NCBI RefSeq assembly: GCF_009914755.1
Contig: NC_060937.1
Reading direction: 5' to 3' (one strand)
Source of the DNA: the human T2T-CHM13v2.0 reference genome, Homo sapiens
DNA: 64,000 bases
Part shown: piece by piece, positions 1 through 12,911 of the stretch
Layout: each line of letters begins with the position of its first letter
Position numbering within the stretch: the first letter of the stretch is position 1
The notes under the pieces: generated by a model
What the model saw: the letters and a program-made list of their open reading frames with translations, nothing else
Told to the model about the DNA's origin: nothing
Database searches by the model: none
Position numbers and translations under genes: made by a program

Positions 1-839
1 ATTCCATGAGAAAGCAGAGCTGCTACAAGGGATAATTCATCCTTAAAACCTTGTTTTTTTTTTTAAGTTCTTATAAATGGAAAAATGAACTAGCATATCC
101 TCTTCAGCTATCAGGGAAATTGCCAGAGAGGTAGATTTTAAGCATGGGAATATGTTTAAGATACTTGTTGTAAAATACACTTCCTGGTCCCTAAATTCCT
201 AAGAATTTATCAACATGTTTCATTTCCTCTTCTTCGGAAAAAAGCTGTTTCACAACCTCTAATCTTTACTTTTATAAGGAAAACCAAAAACCAAACCCCA
301 AAACCCTACTGCATCACTTAACCTCATTTTGGATTTTCTTGAGGTTATTCAAGGTAAAGTAAATAATAAACAATATGTAATATGTACACAAGTGTTAACT
401 TGTTTGTTTATGTTGGGCTAATTGTGAAGGAAGAGAATCTGTCTGACTGAGGACTGGTCACTGTGATGCTTTCACTCATTCACTGATGTCCGACAAGGAG
501 CAAGTAACTATTGATTAAATAGTTGTCAGGAATTTCTGATTTTCTGTGCTAGCATTTATTCATATTTGTGCTGTTGATTAGGGCATAAATAAGAGCTTAT
601 TTTGATACTAAATTGTCAGAGTAATCATTAATACAAAATATTTAATAACCCATGTCTCCTCAGCTGTATGATCACTTACATATTTTCCTGAGAAAAAAAT
701 AAGTTGTTTACTGAATGCTAGCTTTTAAGTCCTTTGAGAATTTGGAGTAGAGGGAAAAACAGCACAGTCAGGAGGACAAAAGAAAAAAAAGTAAAACAAA
801 ATCATCTTCAGACAGATTTGGGAAAAGTTATCCTAGAAT

Positions 840-2250
840 ACTTTAAAAGCAGAAGGAAAGCATTGCAGAATAAAAGAACTCCTGGGGATGAAAAATACTA
901 GAGCAGGAATAAAAATGTTAGTAAAGTTTGGAAGATATTAATGCAATTTCCTCATAACTAAACAAGTAAATAAAGAGATACAATATAAGCAAAAGGATAA
1001 AGGATACAAGAGGTAGACAGTCAAGCTCGAAGATCTGACATCTAGCTAATCTTAGTTTCGAAAGGATAGTGACTATGGAGAGAAGAAAAATAGCAACACA
1101 ATGCCAGAAAATGTTCTATAACTGAAGTTATCAGTTTCTAGACTGAAAGGTTTGGCCAGGTATCCAGCACATAAATGAGAAATGAGTCACGCTAAGCCTC
1201 ATCATTGCAAGAGTCCAGAATACCAAGAAGAAGACAACCCTAAAATCTTCCAAAGAGAACCAAAGCAGAGGATATACACAAAGGGACAGAGATCAGGATG
1301 ACAGATTTTTCAAGGGCAACAATACTAACTGGTGGACAAAGGAGCAAATTGACCATGGAAATTAACTTTTCAACCTAGAATTATACATCCAGCCAAATTA
1401 TACATCATACATTGCAGCTATAATAAGACAATTTGAGACATGGGAATTCTAAAAAATGTTATGTCTCTTAAAAGCACTCTTATCTCATGAAGTGAACAGT
1501 TGATCTGCTGCAACAGAAAGAGGGAGAAGCCATGAATGAGGATGACCTGGGGTCCAGAAAATAGAGTCCAGCAGGAGAGAAGAAATCTCCAGGATGTGGA
1601 TAAAGAGAAATACCATTGGCCAGCTGAGCAGCAGGTATAGCTGACAACAGGCTGGAGCAGGTTAGGGAGTGCTCCTGGAGCCATGCAGCAAAGAAAGAGA
1701 AGTTGGAACCTTTTGATTAGGATGTTTGATTGTATTAAAGGAGCTTTTTTTTTTTTTACTAGTCCTTTAAAATAACGTGGGTAAGAATTAGTGTTAGGTG
1801 TTTAGAAAACAAGAAAAATGCAAAAATTGGCAATTCTAAGAGGAACAAAATTTTAGTACATGATGTGAATCAGTTGTGGATAAGATTTAAGTCCTATTAA
1901 TGTGAGCTATGACCATTGCTTTGACATTTGTGATATTGAGAGGAGTGATATTGAGAGGGGGGTGGTAGAAGAGGAGTGAGAGAGCAAGTTTGTGGGAATA
2001 CAAAACAGGTAAATCTCCATCCTTCATAGGAGGAAACTGATCAATAATGTTTGAAACTGTCAAGTCAAAAGTAGATATGTATGTCTGTCTTTAGAAATAT
2101 AGAGACAGATACCAGAAGAAATAGCTAAAAGGAGTTGAAATTGGTTTCCTCTGGAGGAAGCCCTAAAAGGGTGGGTATGGTAGAAAGGACTCTTTTTTTT
2201 TTTCATTATAAGTTTTGTAGTACTATCTTTTAAAGCTAAGCACATGAATT
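840..2250 (+). mobile_element. HAL1-like (half-L1) ancient element, degraded ORF1 plus 3' region
   Basis: Decayed ORF1-like sequence ('ttttcaacctagaattatacatccagccaaatta') is followed not by ORF2 but by a HAL1-type tail ('gaggatgacctggggtccagaaaatagagtccagcaggagag', 'cattataagttttgtagtactat'). Matched from memory of the consensus. Confidence 0.65.
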
Positions 2251-2498
2251 CTTATTCTTATTCTTATTTTGAGACAAAGTCCACTCTCTTGCCCAGTCTA
2301 GAGTCCAGTGGCATGATCATAGCTCACTGCAGTCCTGGAACTCCTGGTTCAAGGGATCTTCCTGCCATTTGTGTGTGTATGTAGAAAAGGGGTCTCACTA
2401 TGCTGCCCATGCTGGTATTCAACTCCTGGCCTCAAGCAGTTCTCCCGCCTCGGCCTCCTAAAGTGTTGGGATTACAGGCGTGAGCCATCTCACCGGGC
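2251..2498 (-). mobile_element. AluJ-type SINE with internal deletion
   Basis: Antisense Alu motifs ('gggattacaggcgtgagcc', 'catagctcactgcag'), a (CTTATT)n tail, and TSD 'cacatgaatt' on both sides. Confidence 0.9.
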
Positions 2499-3893
2499 AC
2501 ACATGAATTATCTTGATATTTAAAAAGGAAGTAAGAGAGGCTGAGGGAAACCTCTGTTTTCTTGTTCTAGTGGGTGTTCATTTCTGGTCATGAAGCCCTA
2601 GAACTTGTGTGGTGGTTGATTATTGGCTGGAATGAGTTTAGTGCTCAGCCAATTAAATGGAAGAAGGAGACCTGAAGTAAGTACACTCCCAGGTTAATTC
2701 CAGCTCCACCATCTTCCTTATGACCTTGTTCGTTGGACATTCAGGAACGCAGGACTCACTCCGGAAGCTACTGCCCATAAAGAGTCGTCAGCTATCAGTC
2801 CCCAGTGGGGATGGTCATGGCTGAAGAGAGTGAACCTGGGACGTCTTGCCAAGTTGCTTCATTTTCCTGAGCCTCAGCTTCTCTCATTACTCTTTCACAG
2901 AGATGATAGGGAAATCCCACCTCAGACTCACATCCACAGAGAAGGGTGGTTGTCTGTGTGGAAATAAAGATGTACTGGAAAATATAAACTTGTTACCTAC
3001 ATGGCTAGCTTCATCCAGCTGTGGAAAGAGTAGTTAGACAGAGTTGGAAGACTTTCCTTGGAATAACACAGGCCTAACTACTTTGATTAGTTATTGGATA
3101 TTATAAGGGGATAGGAGAGGAGAAGAAAGGAGCAAAAGGAAACTGATCTTGCTTCAACATCCTGGTGTTGACAGTGAGGGAACCATTAAACTCAACACAT
3201 GAAAACTGTTTGAAATTACTAATTAAGAAAATAATGTCGTACTTTTATAAGCATGAAAGCTGACAAAATTACCACCATGAACTATAATCCGGAGTTTATC
3301 CCTAAAGTCCCTTCTAGGTTACATGCAGGAGCACATTCAATCAAATTGTCAAATTGCTGTTTTCTTCTGCAGATGGGATTTTCCAAAAGGAGCAGAAAGT
3401 CAGTAGGAGAAAAGTTGGAGCTGTACATCCTCAATGAGTTGCTACTTCTGTTATACACAGAAAATTAAAAGTTGAATGAAACCCGCAACTAAGAAATACC
3501 AAGTTCAACTAAATTAATAAAATGTGGTAAGTGGCTATGATTCATGTAGTTGAGCTTCACCATTGATCTGTAGGGAATAAAGAGGCAGCTGAGTTATCAA
3601 AATGAACAAAAGCAGTTGCTAAAGTTGGCAGTAAATGAGGGGCTGACAGGAATTTCCAGAGTTCAGACTTCTTGTAGTAGACACAGGAGTAAGCAGCCAT
3701 AAGCCTCTTTTTTTTTTTTTTTTTGGAAATTAAAAGGAAAGTGAATCTATTTTTTTATCCTCAATTAGCAAGTGATTACCATATATCATGAACATGAATA
3801 TAATTTTTTTAATTTTGTATTATAAAAATAAATTTGAATGAGGCAGACAAGCAAAAAAGATATCACTTCTAATCCAAGTATACAGGCATAATC

Positions 3894-3957
3894 ACTATCA
3901 AAACTTAGTAGATGTCTTTTAAGAAACTATCAAAACTTAGTAGATGTCTTTTAAGAA
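3894..3957. repeat. Perfect 32-bp tandem duplication
   Basis: 'actatcaaaacttagtagatgtcttttaagaa' occurs at 3894-3925 and again at 3926-3957. Confidence 0.95.
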
Positions 3958-4745
3958 CTTTGTCCTACTTACTAACCAACTATTAGCAAGATACATGATG
4001 ATACAATATTTATTAATTTTATCTATATGTTTTACGTTTCAATGTCAATTCCATTCTTTAATGATAAATTTAAACCATTGCAAATGTGATTCAGGCAACC
4101 AGAATATTATTGATAACTTACTTATGAGATTATTTGCCTGTTTGTGGTTATTTGCCTTATTAATGAGATTATTTGTTCTGTTCGAGGAATTTTTTTTTTT
4201 TTTTTTTGGATGGAACACTGTGTTAACCAAGCCTAGTGCAGGATTTCTTTTGAGTTATAGTACGGCTAAGAGCAAGTATAGCCTTTTTAGTCTACCATTC
4301 CAAATGTGAGAAATTTTCTGAAGCATCTATGATGTCGAACTTCTGTAAATTTGATACAAGTAGCTTACTATTTATCCAAATTATAAACCTGGTAGTCTCT
4401 GTTTCTTAGTGGAGTCAATTGGGTTAGAGTATTATTAATGTGAAAGTAAGTTTTCCATATGAATATATTATTAGGAATTTAGAAAATGTGTGTTTTCCAG
4501 ATTCCCAACTTATGTTTTACTCTGAGTAGCTTGAGTGTGTTCTACAAACACCGCTTTCCTGAATACCAAGGGCTCTTGATTGACAATTATTTTTCTTTGA
4601 AATAAAGAGCAATAACTAGGACAATGTATTATGGAATGGAAAAAAAGCACTGATAAAAATTTCCTGCTCTTTATGCTTCCAGAGTTTTCCTTATGACCCA
4701 CCTTTAGCTTTATCTGAGGGGTGATATAGACGGGGTAGCCTCTGT

Positions 4746-4782
4746 TTGTGTGTGTGTGTGGGCAGGGCAGGGGGCGGGTGGG
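4746..4782 (+). other. (TG)n tract followed by a putative G-quadruplex containing a GC-box
   Basis: 'gggcagggcagggggcgggtggg' (4760-4782) has five G-runs with 1-2 nt loops and contains GGGGCGGG. Confidence 0.7.
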
Positions 4783-4967
4783 TCGTTGTGGAGTGTAGCC
4801 AAATTAAAAAATAGCTCTTGAGTGATACTCTTTTCTGGTTTTCTACTTTTCACTTTCCCTTTTTAAATAGTAGGATTTTTGTTCATTAAAAATAAATTTT
4901 ATTTTACCTTTTTTGCCTAAACTGCCTCTCTTCCTCTCTGTATCGATGAATCAGGATCACATGTGAT

Positions 4968-5030
4968 CATCATTCATTCATTCATTTATTCAACAAATAT
5001 TGTTTGAGGGCTGTGTATCAAGTGAGCCAA
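4968..5030 (-). mobile_element. L2 3' end fragment
   Basis: 'cattcattcattcatttattcaacaaatatt' is the antisense L2 terminus with (CATT)n. Confidence 0.7.
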
Positions 5031-6939
5031 TGTTCCTTTGAAAAAAAAAAAAAAGAAATACTGCCAAGTGGAAACACATCACTCTTTATGCCTACTCTCC
5101 TGGGAAAGACAAAACAAAGTGTTCATTTATGTAAAAAATAGACTATGTAAAACATTTCTTTATGTTCATAGTAGCAAGAACTAATTTGAATAAGTTCTTC
5201 TTAAATTAATGATATTCCAGGCTATAAAGCAGTAGGATGTAACACGTTAATGTCTTTCAGTCAATATTGCAATCAAATTTTTGTGTAGTACTGTTTATTA
5301 ATATTTAATATATTAAAGACATGAATTTATTGTTTTTACTCAGTTCTTCAAGCATTAATTTTTTAAAAAGCTTGATCCCCGAGGATGTATTAGGATAACA
5401 TGAAATTCCATACTCTACCAAAATGCTATATTGATTTCAGTTCATATATTAAAACATCTGTTCTAATTCTCAATGTTATTATACACCAAAAAATAATGAA
5501 GTGGCAAGTTATCTGAGAAATTTGTCAATCCACAGCACACATTTTCTTTGGATAGTTTTAGATTTCACAACATGAGAAAACAGGCCTAGAAGGAGCTGGA
5601 AAATATGTTAGTCAATGGATGATGGAGTATTGGATTTTGGCTCTGCTTAGATTTCAAATCCTAACGTAGAGAAAGGAAAAATAGAATGCATTACGCATAG
5701 AGGCATAATGTGAGATGTCAGTGACACTTATTTAATTTTACCTGAAATAACACATTTGTTTTGAATGTCACTTAATGTCTTACAGCACTTTTCTCAGAAA
5801 TGTGAATCACTGCTGGTCGAGTCCCTAATTTGAGGTCTCAGGTCTCAGCCTACCTGCAAGGAAGGCAGTAACTATGTGGTGTTAATAAAACTGTTTCCCC
5901 TCTGCTTGCCTCCTCTTAGTGCTGTGGGCTGAAGATGTATATTCTGGCATTCCTCCTTTCCTCGAATGTCCTGCCAAGGCATTTCTGCCTGAATACACTG
6001 AGACCAAGGATGGCATATTAGAAAAAAATTTCTTTTCCAAGCTAGATGAATCACTGCTTCTTCTCTGAATTTCAGCTCTCCGTGACTATGGTGGAGAAGC
6101 TGTTGACAAAGTGTTGTATGCAGGGGCCACCTTTGACTCTCTTATCCTTTTCTTTATCTCCACCTTATACTCATCTATAGTTCTATGAACTCTATCTTCC
6201 TCTCCCTATTGTTGGAAATTCTGATTCTGAATACTAAACCAGAATTAGACGTGGAAGTCTGGTAAAGATTATTACCTTTATTATTGCTAAAACTGGGTTG
6301 GAAAATGAAGCCTGAATTGATGGTCAAAATGAGGCTTCCCACTGCTTTACCCAGGTTTGAATCTCAGGATTCATCTGGGGAAACCACGGTACAGCCTACA
6401 CTATGTAGCAGACAGCACAGGGAACAGAAACTCAACTTACACACCTGAGGAGAAATCCTGAAAACAGGGATCTCTAAGTAGACATGGGCCTGCTGACTTG
6501 CCTCTGAAAGGCAGTCCCTGGACTCTGACACGGGTTTGTTAGTGTGTGATGGACTCCAGTGGAGAAGGGCAATGACCCCTCCTTCATGCGGGTCTGTTCT
6601 CAAAGGCAACTAGAGGCAAAGCCTGCACAGTGGAGCCGTTTCCTTTCCCCTGTGCTGTCCATTGGGTCAATCAGTTCTCCTCCTGGGAGCAGAGTGAGCA
6701 GGTGGGTTGGTGAAGTGGTGGAGAGGAGGTCTGAAGCCACCTTCCATACTTTTTTGGTGGTGTTTGTATTTTATGTGTTGTTGATGGGAAATGTGGAGAG
6801 AAGGAAAAAGAAGTGCTTTTCCATGTTATTCTCCTCAATCATCAGCTTAATCAGGCCTTCGAGATATCTACATTGAATTGATGACTGTCTGACTGCACTT
6901 AAAATCCATTGGAATAAATGTTCTCTTAAAAAAAAGATT

Positions 6940-7440
6940 ATGTCACCCCCTCAGTTAAAATTTCCCTATTGGTTTTCCATAGTTGTTTGGATGTAATCCA
7001 AAATCCATGCTGTCTTGCCATGGCATTCTAGCCTTTTTATACCCAAGTCCATGATCAACTACTCAGTCTGATTTGTCATTACACTCGCTGTCAACTTTTG
7101 CTCCAGGCTTATCGAACTCCTTGCAGTTTTCCAAGCATGTATGTCTTTGCCTACCCCGTTGCCTTCATTTTTGCTGCTCCCTTCCCGGGAAATACATTCT
7201 CTTGCTTTCTTTATCTGGATAGATTTCACTGAGCCTTCAGAACTCAGCTTAGGCATAATTAGCTCCTATTGGACACCTTCACTGAATTATTGAGGTGTGC
7301 CACCTCAAGTGAGGTGAGGTTTCTTCCAATGTTCCTTATAGTATTTCCTGCTTGCCTACTGTGATAGGGTCTTCTTATCTGCATATTCATATTGAATGTA
7401 GTCCCTAGCATATAATAAACCATTGATAACTATTGCCAGC
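6940..7440 (+). mobile_element. L2 3' region fragment
   Basis: Degraded L2 motifs 'aatccaaaatcc', 'gaactccttgcagtttt' and 'ccttcagaactcagctta'. Confidence 0.55.
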
Positions 7441-8439
7441 ATCTCTCACATTGCTTCCTTCCTTAAACAGAGCCATAGTTTCAATATTTGTTTTGCTCTC
7501 AAATGTGGATTACAATAACAATTGCCTAGATTTGTATAGAAATAGGCTTACCAGTTGTTTATTAAAATCTTGATAGCTTTGCGGATATTGGAAGAATGTT
7601 TTTCTCACTAAATAATATTTTTGTTTTTCTGTTATCATTCCTTCAAAATATAAATAAGATGATTTTAATAAACTTTTTCTAGTGTTTATAGTGATCAAAT
7701 TGTAATAAAAATTACTGTACATCATTATTCAAATTCTCAGATATTCATTTTTAACAACTTATAAACCTTCATGAAGAGAGATTTTTACTCTGACCCAAGT
7801 GGTCTGGATGGTGTAATTGTGAAATGGATTTCTTACAAATTTAGTGACATGCTGCATCAAGCAGTAAAAATGACGGATGGATCATATGGGAAACAGAAAA
7901 TATGTTATGTCATCCTGTTCTGAAAGGCATCCCGAAACCTTATCAAATAGATGTTCAATATTTTACACAAAAGAAAAGTTGCATGCCCCATGAGAGTTAA
8001 AGAGTTGAGAGCTAATTTGTTACGTACAGGTTGAAGTAGAAAGTGACTGCATGGTTAGCCTTTTAACCTATCTTTAAATCCACTGGGAAGAAAAGCCAAA
8101 ATGATTTTGGGGATAAATTGACTTCTTGTTTATCTTTGTGCTCGAATTTGTCCAATCAAGTAAAAATATTTGCATGGTGTGTATTGTGATATGATTATCT
8201 GGGGACTGAAAAATGTGGTATGAATTATAAAGACTGGATCTCGAATTCTTAATAAAACCTTTACTGTTTCATAGTTTTTTCCTAACTTACAAAAAGCTTT
8301 TATATTTGTAAGAAGACAGTTTTATTCATTCAACCTTTAATAAATATATATTGAGCACCTTTTTTGTGGTATTTTTCTGTGCATAAGAAACTTCATACTC
8401 ATTTAAAAATATTCTGCAGGCTTTTTTTTGGTAGTTTTA

Positions 8440-10497
8440 GAGTTTTTATTTGATTTGTTTTTAGTTTTATATGTAAATTTAAGGAAAAGTTGCTAGAACA
8501 GTAAAAGTACCCTGGATATTCTTTAATCTATGTTTGCCAATTGTTTACATTTATTTCATTTGCTTTATCATTTATATTTATATGCATTTGTAAAATTTAT
8601 ATGAATATATATAATTTAAATTTGTAATTATGAATTTATAAATTCATAAGTTATGTTTATAATATACATGTATAATTTATTTGTATTTTTAATATTTATA
8701 TTTACACATATATTTATGTATGTGATCATAGTTTATTTTCCTAATCATTTTAGGATAAGCTGGAGATATGGTACCCTTTTACAATAATTCTTCTAGTATA
8801 CTTGCTAAAATTAGAGGATTTTCTTACCTTACCATTGTATAATTATTGAAACCATGTGCTTTTTCATTGGTGCATTAGTATTATCTAGTACACAGCCCAT
8901 ATTTAAATTCTATCAGTTGTCCCAATAATTTCCTTTATAGCTATTTTTTTTCCCTGATCCGGGATCCACCTAATAGTAAATTAGTAATGAAGCAATTCAA
9001 TCATGCATTGCCTTCGGTTTTTAGCCAGCTTTAAGCTAGAACAGTTTGTGAGTCGTTTTTGACCGTTTTGACTGGTATTTTTTAAAGATTATGGACTAGC
9101 TGTTTTGTAGTATGACCTTCAATTTGGATTTGTGGGACAGTTTTTCATGATTATATTAAAGCTATCCATTTTCAGCAGAAATACCACAGCAATGATTCGT
9201 GTCCTTCTGAGTGCATCATGTCAGGAATCATGTGATGTTGGCTTGGTCCAAAACTGCTTATCATTAAGGTTATGTCAGCCAGGTCTCTCCATTGTAAAAT
9301 AATTTTCCTTTTGATTTAACAAGTAACTTGTGGGGAGATACACTGATAACATGTAAATGATGCTCCTTAAAATTTTCATTCACTGATTTTAGCATTCATG
9401 GATGTGTTTCTACTTGTTACTTCTACATGTATTAGAGTAGCATTCCACTACTCAAAGGATGTTTTCTTCTCCTCCATTTATTTATTCATTGTTCCAGAAT
9501 TTTTTCATTGTCTGGTAGGAGCCTCTTCACACTGTTCTCTGTGTCCTTTTGTTGTCTACACAACTTTTTGAGTACTTTCTTGTACTGTAAGTCAGATATT
9601 CTAGGCTCATTTATGCCCTCCTTGTCCCAGACCTAGAATCAGCCTTTTCTCTAGGGAGCCTCGATGCCGTTTAGTGTAAAATGGTATTTAGAAACTAAAA
9701 TCTCCGTGCTAGGTATGGTTACTACTACTGGCCTGTCCTTGTTCCTAGGCTTTGTCAGCAAACAGAGGTAGGAAATGTGTGTGCGTGAATGTGGGTGTAC
9801 ATGCAGCTGTATCTATATTTATGTCTGTATCTATTCAGTAGAAACCATGCATTCATACTGATACCTCCAATTCCGATTCAGTGTCACAGGATATATTTTA
9901 AAACTTCTTCATTTTTATAGTTGTAAATCCCTTTGTGATGGTTAGTTTTATATGTCAACTTGGCCAGAGTATGGTAACCAGTTATATGGTCAACAGTCTA
10001 GATGTTGCTGTGAAGATATTTTAGGTGTGATTAACATTTAAATCAGTAGACTTTGAGTAAAGCAGATTACTCTGCATGTGGTGGGTGGGACTCATCTGAC
10101 TGAGATCCCTCATGGAAAAGGGAATTCCACTTTCAGACTGCCTTTGTATTCTGGACTGCAGCATCAATGGTTCCCTGGGTCTCCAGCTTGCCAGCCTGCT
10201 CTGTAGATTTTAGACTTACCAGCCCCCATCATCATGTGAGCCAACTCCTTAAAATAAATCGCTCTATCTTTTTTCTGTATTCACGTCTACATCTATATCT
10301 TTATATCTATGTCTATGTCTATATCTATATCCATCTATTGTCTGTATATCTACATACATCTTATTGGTTCTGTTTATCTTGGGAGCCCTAATACACCCTT
10401 CTAGACTAGAATGCCTAGAAAATAGTTTCAGAATTGCTAACCCACACTACCGTGAAAAGCCAGTCTCCAAACAAGAGTTCAATATTTGTTTGCAACA
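8440..10497 (-). mobile_element. L1MC-type 3' region, interrupted by an MLT2 LTR
   Basis: Antisense L1MC 3'UTR motifs ('agttgtcccaataatt', 'cagacctagaatcagccttttctctagggagcc', 'gtttcagaattgctaaccca') continue on both sides of the LTR. Confidence 0.7.
9934..10395 (+). mobile_element. MLT2 (MLT2C/D-like) ERVL solo LTR
   Basis: Starts 'tgtgatggttagttttatatgtcaacttgg' and ends 'ccctaataca'. Perfect 5-bp TSD 'ccctt' at 9929-9933 and 10396-10400. Confidence 0.92.
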
Positions 10498-12895
10498 TTT
10501 TTTGAAGGTAAAATTATATACCAAAATTTTGTATGCACAAAATTCAGTGGAAAATACAACAAATTTAGGCAAATGCATTCATTGATGTGAAGCACACACA
10601 TCTGCAAGATAGAGAGTAGTTTCATCATCTCAGAAAGTTGCCTGAAGCCCCTTCTGAGTCAATACCCTTGCCTTTCCTTTAATTATTGTTTTCCTGATTT
10701 TATTGGCCATGGATTAATTTTTCCTGTTCTGGAACTTCATCTATATGTACTCTACCATATTCAAATCCTTTAGCACAGCACAATGTCTGTAAGATTTATT
10801 CATGTTTTATTATAATATTTCTGTTTTGTTGCTGAATAGTATTCCATTTGTGAATATATTATAATTTATTTGTTTTCCTGTTAATGGACATTTGAGTTTT
10901 TTTCATTTGGAGGCTATAATGAAGGAAACTTTGTAAATATTTGTGTACCAGTCTTTGTGTGAACAGATGTTTTTAAATTTCTGTTTAATAAATACCCAGA
11001 AATGAAGTGCTGAGTTGTAGTAGGGGTGAATATTTAACTTTACAGGAAACTGAGGAACACTTGTCCAAAGGGGTTGTACCATTTACATTCTCATCAGCAA
11101 TGAATGAGAGTTCAAATTGTATCTGCATCATATGCATCACTTGATATTTTCAGTCTGTTTAATTTTAGTTATTCTAGTGGCTATAAATGGTATTTTATTG
11201 TAACTTTAGTTGTAATATTCTGATGATGAATTAATGATGTTGAGCACTTTTGTGAGCTTAATGACTATTGTACATCTTTCCTTGTAAAGTGTTCACATTT
11301 TTGCTCATTTAAAAAAAGTGAGTTGTCTTTTAAAACTTTGGATTCTAAGAATTCTTAACATATTCTGGATATGGGTCCATGATCAGATATATGTTTTGTG
11401 AATATTTTCTCCCAGTGGTGGTTGCTTGTTCATTTTCTTAACAATTTCCTTTGATGAGCAGATATTTAATTTTGATGAAGTCCAATATGTCAATATTTTC
11501 CTTTTTTCTTATTATTTTCTGTGTCTAATCTAGATCTTTTCCTACTGGTAGGTAGTAATGCTATTATCCTATCTTCTCTTCTAAAAGCTTTATGTTTTTG
11601 AATTTTCAGTTAGGTCTATGATCTATCTCAAATTGATTTTTATGTATGGTGTGAGTAAGAGTTGAGGGGTTTTTTTTTCCGTATGATATAGACTTCTTTA
11701 TATTTCATCAGTTAGAAGATTTTCCTTTCTCCATTTAATTGCTTTAGTCCCTTTGTCAAAAATCAATTGGCTAAGTGTGGGTCTCTTTCTGGACTTTATT
11801 CTCCATTTGCCTATCCTTGTACCAATATCAAAGTATTTTCATTGCTATAGATTTGTAATAAGTCTCCAAGTGAGGACCCATAAGTCCTCCAGATTTGTTC
11901 TTTTACAAGATTGTTTTGGCTATGCATTTCCATATCAATTTTAGGAGCATCTTATCAAAGTATATTAAAAAATTATCTTGTGTTAGTATTGAGATTATAT
12001 TAAATCTATAAATTAATTTAAGAAGAATTAACATCCTAACAATATTGTGTCTTTCAATCAATAAACATGTATATATTTCTCCTTTTATTTAGATCTTTAA
12101 TTTCTTTCAGAAATAGTTTTTGTGGAGGTTTTGTGTGTATTTTGTTAAATTTATTCTCAAATATTTAATGTTTTTTTTACCATGTGTTAAAAAATTGTTT
12201 TAAATTTTATTTTCCAAACCTTTGCTGTTGGTATATAGGACTGTAATTATATTTTGTATGCTAACCTTGTATCTTACAATGTTATTAATTCACTTGTTAG
12301 TTTTAGCAGTTTCTGTTTTAACTCCTGAGAGTTTTATATCATCTTCAAATTGAGTCAGTTTTCTTTCTTTCATTCTGATCTCAATGCCTTCAAATTTGCT
12401 GCCATAATATTGCAAATAATACTCATTATATTTGTAATATCTATAGGAGCGCTGGGGAAAAACTCTCTTTCATTGTATTATTGGTAAGTTGTGTTTTCTC
12501 TTTTCTTCCTCATTAATCTTTCAAAGGTCTTAGATTCAAAGAGCTAACATTTAGCTTCGTGAATTTTCTCCATAGTTTGTTTCCTGTTTCACTGAGTCCT
12601 CCCTTATTTTCTTTCTGCTTAATTCAGGTTTAATTTGCTTATCGTTTTCTAATTTCTGTAGGGAGACACATAGATAATTGATTTTGAACCTCTCCTCTTT
12701 AGAAAATAAACAAATCTATCAGTTTTTTTCTAAACCCTGATTTAGTAGTATTCACAAGTTTACAAACACACACAATTTTTTAAATTGTCATTCAATTAAA
12801 CATATTTTCTTATTCCATCTGTGATTTGTTTTTTATTTATGGGTTATTTATAAGTTGTTTTTTAAAATTCTAAATGGGGGATTCCCCAGGTGCGT
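10498..12895 (-). mobile_element. L1ME/L1MD-type 3' end and ORF2 remnant
   Basis: Antisense L1 motifs 'gctgaatagtattccatt', 'accatttacattctcatcagcaatgaatgagagtt', 'ttttgatgaagtccaat' and 'cctttgtcaaaaatcaattgg'. Confidence 0.8.
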
Positions 12896-12911
12896 GTGTA
12901 CGTGTGTATAT

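Noticed and set aside
7871-7920. Possible pre-miRNA hairpin (ggatg/catcc, catat/atatg)
   Set aside because: The stem is short and heavily bulged, and it matches no miRNA I recognise.
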